64,000 bases of DNA from Spirochaetales bacterium (GCA_046538735.1 JBKHII010000001.1:20305-84304), one strand, 5' to 3'; positions 54,351 through 64,000 are shown, counted from the stretch's first letter. Made by a program: numbers and translations. The notes: a model not told the origin generated them from the sequence alone.

Positions 54351-55550
54351 TCACTGCGGGTGATCGCTGGAACGTGACTTCGAACGAGGGCGCCGGGAAC
54401 GGCGCCTTCGTCGTTTCTTGGGCTCGTCTTCGGACTCTTCGCCTCGCTTGAGCGGAACGTCCTCTTCGCGCACGCGCTCGGAGGGCGGCACGACTTCGAA
54501 CGCGCCGTTCTTCTTGTAGTTCTTCCGGTGGCGAATGAGGTAGACGAGCGCCATCTCCACGTCCTTGTTCGCCGGTACGAGCGGACGAAGGATGCGCTTG
54601 AGCTCGGCAAAGGCGTCCGGAAAGGGAATCCGTTCCTGGCCGCCGGCTTCCGTGTGCTCGAAGAGATAGTCGCCGCAGAGATAGGCGATCCCCCGCGACC
54701 TGCGGTCTTCCTTCCCGTCACGCACCTCCGCGTCCAGATCGGCAAGCCGGTTCATCAGTCGCTGCTTGAAGCGTGCATCGGCGTCCGCGATCGCCGCGAG
54801 CCCCGGGACCATGTGTCGCAGCAGCTTGTAGCTCGCGCACTCGCGGAAGATCCCGTGCGCGTTGCCGGAAAGCAGGATCTTGAAGACCTCCTCGGTCATG
54901 CGCGAGGGAGGTGTGTCGGCGAGCAAGTCGGCCGAACGGCGGATCTGGCGGCGCAGCTTGCCGATGATCGTGAATCCGGTCGAGACCTGATACTTGATCG
55001 CCCGGATCATCCGTACCGGATCCTCGCTGAAGATCCGATCGATCGGTATGACCGGCTTGATCTTCCGATCGCGAATGTCTTTCACGCCGCCCACGTAGTC
55101 AATGATCCGCCCGTCCACCGGATTGTAGTAGAGCGCGTTCAACGTGAAGTCGCGCCTGAAGACGTCTTCTTCAATATCGCCGTACTCGTTCTGGAACCCC
55201 GCCGAGTTCTCGCTCCGGAAGGTGGACACCTCGATGATCTTCGGACCGAAGAAAATGTGGACGAGACGAAACCGACGTCCGATCACGCGCGAGTTGCGAA
55301 AGAGCCGCCGAATCCGGTTCGGCTGCGCGTCCGTCGCAATGTCGAAGTCCTTCGGCGTGTTGCCCACGAGCAGGTCGCGAACCGCGCCGCCCACGACGTA
55401 CGCGTGGTGACCGGATGAATGGAGGCGCTTGGCGATCTTCACGGCGTCCGCATCGATCCGCTCTCGTGTGATCGAATGTTCGTCCGGGGTGTAGATCTCG
55501 GCTTGCCGCTTGGCGCGGCCTTTCTGGTCTTTGGTGTATCGAACGAGCAA
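54351..55550 (-). CDS. Poly(A) polymerase / tRNA nucleotidyltransferase family protein (PcnB-like)
   Basis: YVVGGAVRDLLVGNTPKDFDIAT and RRDFTLNALYY are present, with a highly basic C-terminal tail (KKRRRRRSRRPRSKSR). Confidence 0.85.
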   Translation of the reverse strand: MLVRYTKDQKGRAKRQAEIYTPDEHSITRERIDADAVKIAKRLHSSGHHAYVVGGAVRDLLVGNTPKDFDIATDAQPNRIRRLFRNSRVIGRRFRLVHIFFGPKIIEVSTFRSENSAGFQNEYGDIEEDVFRRDFTLNALYYNPVDGRIIDYVGGVKDIRDRKIKPVIPIDRIFSEDPVRMIRAIKYQVSTGFTIIGKLRRQIRRSADLLADTPPSRMTEEVFKILLSGNAHGIFRECASYKLLRHMVPGLAAIADADARFKQRLMNRLADLDAEVRDGKEDRRSRGIAYLCGDYLFEHTEAGGQERIPFPDAFAELKRILRPLVPANKDVEMALVYLIRHRKNYKKNGAFEVVPPSERVREEDVPLKRGEESEDEPKKRRRRRSRRPRSKSRSSDHPQ

Positions 55551-55597
55551 TAGGTACCTCTGGGAACCTATCCATTATCGAAAAGTGAGGCGTCCGG

Positions 55598-56371
55598 TCA
55601 AGGGCGGTGGTTTCCGCCGTCCTCCGTTTCGATTCGCCTGGACAGCGCACGCCTCGCGAGCTTCGTGACGAGGACCGTGACCACGACTGTCGCGACGAGC
55701 CCGACGCCGTAGAGGATCCACTCGCCGAGCGTGCGCGATCTGCCTTCGGCACCGACCATCGCGAGCTCGCCGGCGAGCGAGCCAACGTAGACGTACATCA
55801 CAGTGCCCGGCATCATGCCGATCCAGCTCGCAAAGAAGTAGTCACGGAGCGACACCCTCGTGAGCCCGTACGCGTAGTTGAGCATGTTGAAGGGGAAGAT
55901 GGGGCTGAGCCTCGTGAGGCCTACGATCTTCCAGCCCCCGTGGCCGACCGCCTCGTCGATCGCGCGGAATCGATCGCTCCCGGAAACCTTCGCCGCGACC
56001 CAATCGCGAGCGAGGTGGCGTCCCACGAGAAACGCGGCGGTCGCCCCGAGCGTTGAGGCGACGGAAACGTAGATCGATCCGTACACGACGCCGTACATGA
56101 AGCCGGCGCCGAGCGTGAGAATCGATCCCGGCACGAAGAGCACGGTCGCCAGGATATAGACGAGCGAGAACACGGCAACGCCGAGCATGCCGAGGTCGCG
56201 GATCCGTTCCAGGACGTCACGGAGATAGCGCTCCACGTCCAGCGCGATGCTCGCAGTTGCGAGCGCCGCGAGCACGACGACGAAAACGGCGATACGGACG
56301 GCAGGCGGTTTGGCCACGATCGCTCCCGCGACGACCCGGAGGCGAACGGACCGCGCACGTCCGGGAGTCAC
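55598..56371 (-). CDS. TVP38/TMEM64 (DedA-related, SNARE-associated) family membrane protein
   Basis: FVPGSILTLGAGFMYG, LVGRHLARDW and RLSPIFPFNMLNYAYGLT are present. The start is GTG and is uncertain. Confidence 0.8.
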   Translation of the reverse strand: MTPGRARSVRLRVVAGAIVAKPPAVRIAVFVVVLAALATASIALDVERYLRDVLERIRDLGMLGVAVFSLVYILATVLFVPGSILTLGAGFMYGVVYGSIYVSVASTLGATAAFLVGRHLARDWVAAKVSGSDRFRAIDEAVGHGGWKIVGLTRLSPIFPFNMLNYAYGLTRVSLRDYFFASWIGMMPGTVMYVYVGSLAGELAMVGAEGRSRTLGEWILYGVGLVATVVVTVLVTKLARRALSRRIETEDGGNHRP

Positions 56372-56458
56372 AATACATCAGATTTGTCGAATATGGCTTC
56401 GATTCGGAGCCCTCGTCAAATGGCCGATCCGGTTGTACCTTAGAAAGCGGAGCCCGTC

Positions 56459-58342
56459 GTGCGGAAATTGCTGGGCCTGATTCTCTTCAGTCTTCTTCCT
56501 CTTGCAACCGTGGCATCGCAATACTCGCTGGACGTGCATACGATCGTGGGGTTCAGCGGAGTGTTTCGCGCGGGCACCTGGACCCCGATCCACGTCACCG
56601 TTCAGAACCTGGGCGAACCGGTCCGCGGCACACTGGAGATCGAGGTCGAGCGCGGCGACCGATACGGATCGCGCCGGAACCTCATGCGATACTCGCGTGA
56701 GGTGGAGCTCGTGTCCGAAGCCGGCAAGGCGTATTCGTTCGTCGTTCCGCTCCAGTCGATGATCTATCCGCTGACGATTCGCATACGTGACGGCCGGACC
56801 ATCGCGCACGAGGAGAAGATCGCGCTGCTCGGCAGGAGCGTGTCCGGCTACTTCACGCTCGTTCTCGCGCGCCGGCCCAACCTCGACTTTCTGCTTCCGG
56901 TCTACAACACACGAGACGAGCGAGTTCTCGATATCGTGTACCCGCTCCCCACGTACCTGCCGAACGAGTGGCACGGCTACGAGGCGGTGGACACGATTGT
57001 GATCCACGACGCGCGCATCCAGGAGCTGTCGGACGATCAGGTGCGCGCGCTTCGCGACTGGGTTGCGAACGGAGGTCGACTCGTGCTCTCGGGCGGCGCG
57101 CACTTCGGCCCCGCGGACGCTGAGACCCTCGCGCCGCTCGGCGACTTCAGCACGACCGGCGTGGCGGTGACGAGTATCGCGAGCACGGGGCTCGCCGAGG
57201 CGGGCATCGCGATCGACCCGGCCGAACGAGACCGCGAGGTCGTGGCGACCTCGTTCCGGGAGCACGGGACGCAAGTCGCGCGGCTCACGATCGGGAGAGG
57301 TGAAGTCGTGCTGCTCCCGGCCGACTACGCGAATCTGGTGCGGGTTGCTCCGCTCACGAGCGTGGCGCTCTGGAACTCGCTCCTCGCCCCGGAAGCGTCG
57401 CGGCGAGCCGTGGCGACGGAAGCAGAACGACGCGTGTTCGAGACGGACTTCCTCGCGAACCAGCTCGCGCTCCCGCTCTACGACTTCCCGTCGCGACTCC
57501 TGGTGCTCGGCCTCGCGATCAGCTTCATCGTTGGACTTGGCGCGATTCTCCTGTGGCTCGCGACCGGACGTGACCGTGTCCGCACGCTCCTCGGCGCTCC
57601 TGCGCTGCTGGGAATCATCGCGGCGGTCGCCGTGACCGGCCACCTCTCACTGACGGTGAAGATGCAGCCGGAGGAAGCGCTCGCACTCACGATCGAGCGC
57701 GCCGAGCTCACCGCGGGCGGCGGATACGCAGCGGTTACCCGGGACACCGCGCTCTTCAGCAGACGGGTGTCCGACTACAAGATCAGCTACGAGAACGAAC
57801 CGCTTCTCGTGCCGATGCAGCGTCGCGACCACATGATCCATCAGAAGCCCGACCGGATCGGCCAGGAGATCACGGTGGACCGCTGGAGCTACGCCAACAC
57901 GGTCGCATTCGAGGTGGCGGAGCTCAACGTGCGAGCGGAGCTCCAGACCGGTCCGGGCTACGCGGGCGTTGTTGTGACGAACGACTCGGCGCTTCACATC
58001 CACGATCTCGTGCTGCTGCGCAACGGGATCCCGGAGCCGATGGGCGATCTGCCCCCTTCGGGAGTCGTGGAGCACGTCGCAACCTCGGTGCTCGGACGCG
58101 ACTTCCAGGACGTGAACTGGAACCGCTACGTCGCGGACGATGAGCTTGCGGTGAACCGGGCGAGATTCCTGGAAGACCTCGCGCGAGCGCAGCGGTTCGG
58201 TGAGGGCGAACCCGCGGAGCTCATCGTCGTGGGGTGGACGCGAACCCCGCTCCTGCCCGTCTCGATCGAGCCCTCCTTCGAACGGACGATCGACTTGCAC
58301 GTGATGATCATCCCACTCAACCCGAACCGAGGAGAAGCGTGA
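56459..58342 (+). CDS. Signal-peptide protein with a GATase1-like/DUF4350-like module and two TM segments (first gene of the MoxR cluster)
   Basis: MRKLLGLILFSLLPLATVA is the signal peptide. VIHDARIQELSDDQVRALRDWVANGGRLVLSGG follows, then TM pairs at about aa 335-395. GGAG lies 6 nt before GTG 56459. Confidence 0.65.
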   Translation: MRKLLGLILFSLLPLATVASQYSLDVHTIVGFSGVFRAGTWTPIHVTVQNLGEPVRGTLEIEVERGDRYGSRRNLMRYSREVELVSEAGKAYSFVVPLQSMIYPLTIRIRDGRTIAHEEKIALLGRSVSGYFTLVLARRPNLDFLLPVYNTRDERVLDIVYPLPTYLPNEWHGYEAVDTIVIHDARIQELSDDQVRALRDWVANGGRLVLSGGAHFGPADAETLAPLGDFSTTGVAVTSIASTGLAEAGIAIDPAERDREVVATSFREHGTQVARLTIGRGEVVLLPADYANLVRVAPLTSVALWNSLLAPEASRRAVATEAERRVFETDFLANQLALPLYDFPSRLLVLGLAISFIVGLGAILLWLATGRDRVRTLLGAPALLGIIAAVAVTGHLSLTVKMQPEEALALTIERAELTAGGGYAAVTRDTALFSRRVSDYKISYENEPLLVPMQRRDHMIHQKPDRIGQEITVDRWSYANTVAFEVAELNVRAELQTGPGYAGVVVTNDSALHIHDLVLLRNGIPEPMGDLPPSGVVEHVATSVLGRDFQDVNWNRYVADDELAVNRARFLEDLARAQRFGEGEPAELIVVGWTRTPLLPVSIEPSFERTIDLHVMIIPLNPNRGEA

Positions 58343-59106
58343 AGAATCCGATCCTCGAAGAATCCGCCGAAGTCTACCTTCGACGGAGAGAATACATGTG
58401 GCTGCACATCTCGTACGCGGCAGCGATCGCGCTCTTCGCGGTACTTCTCTGGCCGATCCAGGGTTTCATGACCTTCTTCCGAACGGAGACGATACCGTCC
58501 GTCTTCCAGGCAACGGTCATCGTTCACCTGCTCGCGGTCAATGGGATCAGCCTGTACGTGGGGCTCGATCGACTCGCGGACGATCAGATCATCCACTACT
58601 CCGAGTGGCTGGAGCGAACGAACGTTCCGCTCGGCGTGCTGTTCCGCGGGAAGATCATCGGCGGCGTCGTCCACACCCTCTTCATCGTCGCCGCAGGCTT
58701 CCCCTTCGTCCTGGTGGCTTCCGGACCGGCCGGCATACCGTTCGCCGCAGTCGTCGCGAGCGAGGTGATCGTATTCATCGCGGGGCTGCTCGGCCGGATC
58801 TGCGGCATGCTGATGAGCCATGTCGGCGAGACGAGATACATCATCCGAGTGATCGGCGCGTGGCTCTACGTCGCGTTCTTCTACCTGGGTACGCTCCAGA
58901 TCTACCGACCGCTCAATCCGATCGCTGCGGTCGTCATGCAGCACGCGGAGGACTCGCCGTTCATGCAGCTCGGCCGAACCGGCGTTCTGGACAACCCGCT
59001 CGTGGCGGCGGGAGCGCCGATGCTGGCGGTGACGATCGTGCTGGCCGCCGTCTTCCGGTTCTCGCTGGCACGCCACCGCCTGCTCACCGGCAGGGGGGTT
59101 CGATGA
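58339..59106 (+). CDS. Six-TM membrane protein, unknown function
   Basis: Hydrophobic spans run throughout. GTG 58339 overlaps the upstream stop (GTGA). The alternative start is ATG 58396. Confidence 0.6.
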   Translation: MKNPILEESAEVYLRRREYMWLHISYAAAIALFAVLLWPIQGFMTFFRTETIPSVFQATVIVHLLAVNGISLYVGLDRLADDQIIHYSEWLERTNVPLGVLFRGKIIGGVVHTLFIVAAGFPFVLVASGPAGIPFAAVVASEVIVFIAGLLGRICGMLMSHVGETRYIIRVIGAWLYVAFFYLGTLQIYRPLNPIAAVVMQHAEDSPFMQLGRTGVLDNPLVAAGAPMLAVTIVLAAVFRFSLARHRLLTGRGVR

Positions 59107-60659
59107 TGCGAGACCGTACACCACGTCTGACCGAGCTTTCGCACTCGCTCGAGATGCGCTGGCGATTTCTGCTCCTCGCAGACGCGCTCTTCACGGCGCT
59201 CGCGGTGACGCTCGGCGCCTCGCTTGGAGCGCTCCTCGTGCGCGTAGCCGGAGATCTCTCCTTTTCGATTCTCCGGCTGCTGCTCGTGCTCAACGGGTCC
59301 GCGATGGTGGTTGCGATCCTGATCGTCGCGCTGCGGCGCCGCGACCAGTCGCGCTTCTTCATCGACGCCGACCGCGCCTACGGGTTCAGATCGCTTCTGG
59401 TCTCGGGGTACGAGTTCGGCCGCCGCGGGCCGGACGACCGGCACGACGAGTCGCGCCGGCCGCAATCGGCGGATCGCGACGCGTTCGAGCGACTCGTCGT
59501 TGAACGTGCGGAAGAGCGGTCGGGCGACGTCAATCCGCGCACGGTCTACCCTTCGCGGACACCGAAGAGCATCGGAGCGGTCGCTGCGCTCGTCGTAGCG
59601 CTGGGCATCTTTCTGACGCTGCAGGCAAGCGGATGGTTCGAGCGACCCGTGCCTCCCTACGCCGAAGAAGCGATCATGCTCGAAGACGCGGGACGCCGCC
59701 TCGCCGAGCGCGCCGAGTCGAACGACGAGTTGCGGGAGCTCGCGGAGGAGATGCGCCGGCTCGGGCGCCAGGTGCAGCGAAACGAGCTCCCACCGGACGA
59801 AGCGCGACGGAGAATCGACCGGCTGAACGAGCGGGTGGAGGAGCAGCTCGACGATCTCGCTCGCATCCCGCCGATCGAGCACAACGAGGACGCGCAGATC
59901 CCTCCGGAGACCGAGAACACGATACGCCAGGCGCTCCGTTCCGGCATGAGCGACGGCGAGGTGCTCGAGTTCTTCACGCGGATGCGATCGCAGGGCAACT
60001 CGACGCCGGACGCGGTCCAGGCGCTCGACGAGTCGACCTCGGGGGGCGAGCCGAACGCGAGCGTTGAAGGAGAGGGCGAGCGGGCTCAAGAATTGATGGA
60101 CCAGCTCGAGAGCCGGCCCGAGTCTGCCGGCGGAGACGACTCGTACGTCCGAAACCCGCTCGAGCAATCGAGGCAGGCGCTCCAGGAGATGGGCGCCGGC
60201 CGCCGGCAGCTCTCTCAGGGGGACACGTCCGAGCAGGGAACGCCCGGCGAGTCGGACAGCGGCGGGACTCGCGCAACGGGCGGTTCGGGCGATTCGCGGC
60301 CTCAGGGAAGCCAGAGCGACGAGAGCGGCGAGCAGGAGAGCTCCGGCCAGGAAGGCGGGACGCTCGAGGTGGAGGACCAGATGTCGGACGACTTCACCCG
60401 CTCCCGAGCCGCGAGTCCGGTCATGCGCGAGATCGAGGGAGTCGTGACCGACGACACGATCATGGACATCATCATCCGCGAGCTTCCCTCCGAGGCGACG
60501 TCGGCCTTGACCGAGCAGGAACTGGACGTCGTCTTCGAACGCGTCGTGGAAGAAGCGGTAGGTCGTGAAGAGACCCCGCCCGAACTACAGCAACTTGTAC
60601 GGAACTATTTCCTGAGATTGACACGAGCAAACCGAGAAGGAGCAGCTGATGAGCAGTAG
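59103..60659 (+). CDS. Membrane-anchored protein with a long acidic, low-complexity/coiled-coil region, unknown function
   Basis: ATG 59103 overlaps the upstream stop (ATGA). There are 2-3 N-terminal TM segments, then an E/D/R-rich helical region and a G/S/E/Q-rich tract (GDSRPQGSQSDESGEQESSGQEGG). Confidence 0.6.
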   Translation: MMRDRTPRLTELSHSLEMRWRFLLLADALFTALAVTLGASLGALLVRVAGDLSFSILRLLLVLNGSAMVVAILIVALRRRDQSRFFIDADRAYGFRSLLVSGYEFGRRGPDDRHDESRRPQSADRDAFERLVVERAEERSGDVNPRTVYPSRTPKSIGAVAALVVALGIFLTLQASGWFERPVPPYAEEAIMLEDAGRRLAERAESNDELRELAEEMRRLGRQVQRNELPPDEARRRIDRLNERVEEQLDDLARIPPIEHNEDAQIPPETENTIRQALRSGMSDGEVLEFFTRMRSQGNSTPDAVQALDESTSGGEPNASVEGEGERAQELMDQLESRPESAGGDDSYVRNPLEQSRQALQEMGAGRRQLSQGDTSEQGTPGESDSGGTRATGGSGDSRPQGSQSDESGEQESSGQEGGTLEVEDQMSDDFTRSRAASPVMREIEGVVTDDTIMDIIIRELPSEATSALTEQELDVVFERVVEEAVGREETPPELQQLVRNYFLRLTRANREGAADEQ

Positions 60660-61665
60660 TCAGACGGCGTGGGACCCCGGTGTCCAGGAACGCGCACTAG
60701 AGGCCGGAGCGAAGGTCCGGACGGTCGAAGAGGAGATCGGTCGCTACATCGTTGGGCACGGCGCTTTGGTCGAGCAGGTGCTCGTCTGCCTCCTGTGCCG
60801 CGGACACGCGCTGCTCGAAGGTGTCCCGGGACTCGGCAAGACCTTCCTGATCAAGACGTTCGGCGAGGTCCTCGACCTGACGACGACTCGGATCCAGTTC
60901 ACGCCCGATCTCATGCCCGCGGACATCATCGGGACGAACGTGCTCGTGCGAGACGAGGAAGGCAACCAGCTCATCCGGTTCCAGGAAGGACCGATCTTCA
61001 GCCAGGTGCTGCTCGCAGACGAGATCAACCGCGCGACTCCCAAGACGCAATCGGCACTCCTTGAGGCGATGCAGGAGCAGAGCGTGACCGTGGCCGGGAG
61101 CACGTACGCGCTCGCGCCTCCTTTCATCGTGCTCGCGACGCAGAACCCGATCGAGATGGAGGGGACCTACCCACTGCCGGAGGCGCAACTCGATCGATTC
61201 TTCTTCAAGCTCAAGGTCGAATACCCCTCCTACGACGATCTGCTGAAGATCGTGGACCGAACCACGACGGGAGCCCTGCCGATGCTCGAGCGTATCCTCG
61301 GGACGGAGGAGATCGTGGAGTACCAGGACCTCATCCGCGCCGTGCCCGCGTCCACCGCGGTCCTCGACTACGCCGTGCGCCTCGTGTACGGAACGCATCC
61401 GGACCGCGACCGCGCAATCGACGAAGTCAAGCGGTTCGTTCGCTACGGATCGAGCCCGCGGGGTGCGCAAAGCCTCATTCTCGCGGCGAAGGTCTACGCG
61501 CTGCTGGACGGTCGATTCACGGTGGACTTCGCGGACGTGCGAAGGGCCGCGCTCCCGTCGCTGAGGCACCGCCTGATCCTCAGCTTCCAGGGCGAGGCGG
61601 AAGGCGTGGACCCGGACACGATCGTCGAACGCGTCATGGAGACTACTCCGGAGGCGAGTCGGTAA
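60649..61665 (+). CDS. MoxR-family AAA+ ATPase
   Basis: Walker A GVPGLGKT, Walker B plus LLADEINRATPKTQSALLEAMQE, and VLATQNPIEMEGTYPLPEAQLDRF. Confidence 0.9.
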   Translation: MSSSQTAWDPGVQERALEAGAKVRTVEEEIGRYIVGHGALVEQVLVCLLCRGHALLEGVPGLGKTFLIKTFGEVLDLTTTRIQFTPDLMPADIIGTNVLVRDEEGNQLIRFQEGPIFSQVLLADEINRATPKTQSALLEAMQEQSVTVAGSTYALAPPFIVLATQNPIEMEGTYPLPEAQLDRFFFKLKVEYPSYDDLLKIVDRTTTGALPMLERILGTEEIVEYQDLIRAVPASTAVLDYAVRLVYGTHPDRDRAIDEVKRFVRYGSSPRGAQSLILAAKVYALLDGRFTVDFADVRRAALPSLRHRLILSFQGEAEGVDPDTIVERVMETTPEASR

Positions 61666-62546
61666 TGGCGGCACCTCTGCTGGACGAAGCGTTCCTCCGG
61701 AAGCTCGAACAGCTCTCGCTCCTCGCGCGGAAGATCCGCTCGGGCGTCTCGCGCGGCGAAAACATCTCGATCCACCGCGGCGCCTCGCTCGAGTTCTCGG
61801 ACTACCGTCTCTATCAACCCGGTGACGACTTTCGCTACCTCGACTGGAACATCTACAACCGGCTCCACCGGCTCTTCGTGAAGGTGTTCACCGCCGAGGA
61901 GAACCTCACGGTGCACATTCTGCTCGACACGAGCCGATCGATGGCGTTCGGGAGCCCGAGCAAGCTCTGGTACGCCGGTCGGCTCGCGGCTGCCCTCGGT
62001 TACCTCGCGGTGAACAATCTCGACCGCGTGGGCGTGAGCGCGTTCGCGGACGGGATCGAGCATTCGCTCCAGCCGGTGCGTCAGAAGTCGCATGTCTTCT
62101 CGCTCTTCGACTACATCGAATCGCTCACTCCCTCCGGCGGCACCGACTTCAACGGGACGTTGCGCGACTACTCGCTGCGCACGAAGCGGCCGGGCCTCGC
62201 GATCCTCATCTCAGACCTGCTCGACCCTTCCGGGTACGAGGAGGGGCTCAAGGCGCTGCTCTACCGCCGATTCGATATCATGCTGATTCAGGTCATGGAC
62301 GAGGAGGAGCTCACTCCGCGCATGAAGGGTCCGTTCCGCCTGATCGACGGCGAGACGGAGGACGAGACGGAGTTGAACGTGGAACCGGAGACGGTAGGCG
62401 AGTACCAGCGTCGGCTTCACTCCTTTTTCGACGGGATCGAGGAGTTCTGTCTCAGCCACGATATCGAGTACCTGCGGACCTCGAATCGGATTCCGATCGA
62501 GGACGTCGTCTTCAGCTACCTCAGACGGGGGGTCTTTGTCCATTGA
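61665..62546 (+). CDS. DUF58 (VWA-like) protein
   Basis: FSDYRLYQPGDDFRYLDWN is the DUF58 signature. The ATG shares one nt with the moxR TAA (TAATG). Confidence 0.85.
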   Translation: MAAPLLDEAFLRKLEQLSLLARKIRSGVSRGENISIHRGASLEFSDYRLYQPGDDFRYLDWNIYNRLHRLFVKVFTAEENLTVHILLDTSRSMAFGSPSKLWYAGRLAAALGYLAVNNLDRVGVSAFADGIEHSLQPVRQKSHVFSLFDYIESLTPSGGTDFNGTLRDYSLRTKRPGLAILISDLLDPSGYEEGLKALLYRRFDIMLIQVMDEEELTPRMKGPFRLIDGETEDETELNVEPETVGEYQRRLHSFFDGIEEFCLSHDIEYLRTSNRIPIEDVVFSYLRRGVFVH

Positions 62547-64000
62547 CGTTCGCTAACCCGCTCGGCCTGCTTCTTCTGCTGTCGCTCCCGGTGATCGCGC
62601 TCCTCCATCTCTTCCGCCAGGAGCGAAAACGCCGCGAGGTCTCCTCCATTTTCCTCTGGCGCGAGGTTTCCGACCAGCAGAGCCGCCGCGTGCGCCCGCG
62701 CCTGCTCCGCAACGTGAACCTGCTTCTGCAGCTTCTCGCCGCGCTGCTCGCGTCCTTCGCGCTCGCGCAGCCGGTCGTAGCGACCGGTCCGGCCGCCGGG
62801 TCGCAGGAGATCGTGGTTCTCGTGGACGACAGCGCGAGCATGCAGACCGCCGCGGGCGGAATGTCTCACCTCGGCCTCGCACGGAACCGAGCACGGGACA
62901 TCATCGGGCGTGCCCCTCGCAACGCGCGCATCCTTCTCGCGTCGGCGGGTCCGAGCCCGCGAATCGTCCAGCCGTACACGAGCGACCGAGCGCTTCTCTA
63001 CGAACGGCTCTCGTCGATCGAACCAACCGACGGCGCCTCCGACCTGCGAGGCGCGCTCGAGCTCGTGCGCGGATTGGGAACGGGAGACCGGACCGACGTC
63101 GTGCTCGTCACGGACGGCGCCACGTCGTTTCCGGACGACATGAGCCTCCCGCACGGCCTCTCCACGATCGTCGTGGGCGGATCGAGCGATGATCCGGTCC
63201 GCCCGAATGTGGCGATCACGCTCTTCGAGCTGCGCGCCCGCCCGAACGGACGGGTCTTCGAAGCCTTGATCGGCGTGGGCAACTACTCGCCCGCCCAGGT
63301 TCAACGCACGCTCGAGCTCATCGCGGACGGCGAGATCGTCTCCGAGCGCACGCTCAGCGTTCCCGCCGGCGAAGAGCGACTGGTCACGGCCGCGATCCCG
63401 CGAACCGAAGGGATCGTCTACGAGGCGAGACTCGCAGGCAACGAAGACGAGCTCACGGTGGACGACCACGCCTACGCGGCCGCGGCCGGCGACCGACCGA
63501 TCCGCGTTCAGCTCGTCACCGCCGGAAACCTCTTTCTCGAGTCGTTCCTCTCGGTCTACCCGAACGTCCAACTCACGGTCACCGAGAGCGTGGACCAGGC
63601 AAGCCCCTTCGACATTCTGATCCTGGACGACGTACCGGCTCCGGCACGGCTGCGCGGCAACGTCGTTGCGCTCGGCGCCGTCCTGCCGGACGGCCCGTTC
63701 ACGATCATCGGTACGGATGAGCTCGATCGCCCCGCCTCGGCGCGGACCGACCATCCGGTCACTCGCGGCGTCACGCTCGATCAGGTCCAGGTGAGCGAGT
63801 TCATCGCCGGCGAGCTCAGCCGGCGAGCCAACGTCCTCGTCTCCGCGGGCCCCGATCCCTTGCTCTACACGTACCAGGCGAACGACCTCAGGCTCGTGGC
63901 GACGACGTTCTCGCTGACCGCCTCCGATCTCGCGCTGCGAAGCAGCTTCCCGGTCCTGATGAACAACATCATCCAGTGGCTCGCGCCCGTCGCTCCGGCC
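62543..64000 (+). CDS. BatA-like protein: aerotolerance-regulator N-terminal double-TM domain + VWA domain (partial; open to the right edge)
   Basis: My own translation from TTG 62543 (TTGA overlap with DUF58) reads TFANPLGLLLLLSLPVIALLHLFRQERKRREVSSIFLWRE..., with the VWA MIDAS motif VLVDDSASM. The frame is still open at 64000 (..SSFPVLMNNIIQWLAPVAPA). It is not in the ORF track because no stop is reached. Confidence 0.8.
   Translation, partial: MTFANPLGLLLLLSLPVIALLHLFRQERKRREVSSIFLWREVSDQQSRRVRPRLLRNVNLLLQLLAALLASFALAQPVVATGPAAGSQEIVVLVDDSASMQTAAGGMSHLGLARNRARDIIGRAPRNARILLASAGPSPRIVQPYTSDRALLYERLSSIEPTDGASDLRGALELVRGLGTGDRTDVVLVTDGATSFPDDMSLPHGLSTIVVGGSSDDPVRPNVAITLFELRARPNGRVFEALIGVGNYSPAQVQRTLELIADGEIVSERTLSVPAGEERLVTAAIPRTEGIVYEARLAGNEDELTVDDHAYAAAAGDRPIRVQLVTAGNLFLESFLSVYPNVQLTVTESVDQASPFDILILDDVPAPARLRGNVVALGAVLPDGPFTIIGTDELDRPASARTDHPVTRGVTLDQVQVSEFIAGELSRRANVLVSAGPDPLLYTYQANDLRLVATTFSLTASDLALRSSFPVLMNNIIQWLAPVAPA

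Noticed and set aside
1-64000. Search for tRNA, rRNA, CRISPR repeats, IS elements/transposases, integrases, phage genes, toxin-antitoxin pairs and known defence systems
   Set aside because: No intergenic gap is large enough except 6242-6502 and 43117-43306, and neither shows a tRNA cloverleaf or repeat-spacer periodicity. No ORF has transposase, integrase or defence-type motifs that I can recognise.

Overview
This is a GC-rich, tightly packed bacterial chromosomal segment. I call about 60 protein-coding genes. I found no rRNA, tRNA, CRISPR array, IS element, integrase or prophage signal. All homology calls come from reading motifs in the supplied translations; no database search was possible.

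Gene content, left to right:
- **1-8.9 kb:** a C-P lyase phosphonate locus. It holds the phnJ 3' end, phnK, phnM, a hexapeptide transferase, phnL and a PHP-IMPase fusion. phnD lies on the opposite strand, followed by phnC-phnE-phnE.
- **9-12.8 kb:** a GAF/HD-GYP protein, a lipoprotein, a CoA-binding protein and an HPF-cold-shock-domain fusion.
- **12.8-18.1 kb (minus strand):** prfC preceded by two abutting cyclase-homology-domain genes and a secreted protein built from five PPC-like modules.
- **18.2-24.1 kb:** an ABC-2 exporter pair, then parE-parC.
- **24-33 kb:** an orphan HisKA_2 sensor kinase, mcsA-mcsB-clpC without ctsR, and serS.
- **33.4-41.7 kb:** a long overlapping minus-strand array, prfB-cheY-like-PEGA-ftsY-hypothetical-lolC/D/E. 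prfB carries the classic +1 frameshift.
- **43-51 kb:** a GH57 glycosidase, then an rnfC-D-E-A cluster that lacks rnfG and rnfB. It is coupled to an unknown 512-aa membrane protein and a DUF212 protein.
- **51-56 kb:** a pseudouridine synthase, a P-loop/Asp23 fusion, a TPR protein, a PcnB-like enzyme and a TVP38 protein.
- **56.5-64 kb:** a 7-gene translationally coupled MoxR/DUF58/BatA-type cluster that runs off the right edge.

The gene set (short ParC, Bat-like cluster, GH57, LolCDE, Rnf) is compatible with a high-GC member of Spirochaetota. That is inference only.

The many long ORFs antisense to these genes are GC-driven shadow ORFs and were rejected.

The items most worth follow-up are:
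- the rnfCDEA-plus-unknown-membrane-protein operon;
- the paired cyclase-homology genes;
- the PHP-IMPase fusion ending the phn operon;
- the McsB homologue with degenerate active-site motifs;
- the 7-gene MoxR cluster.
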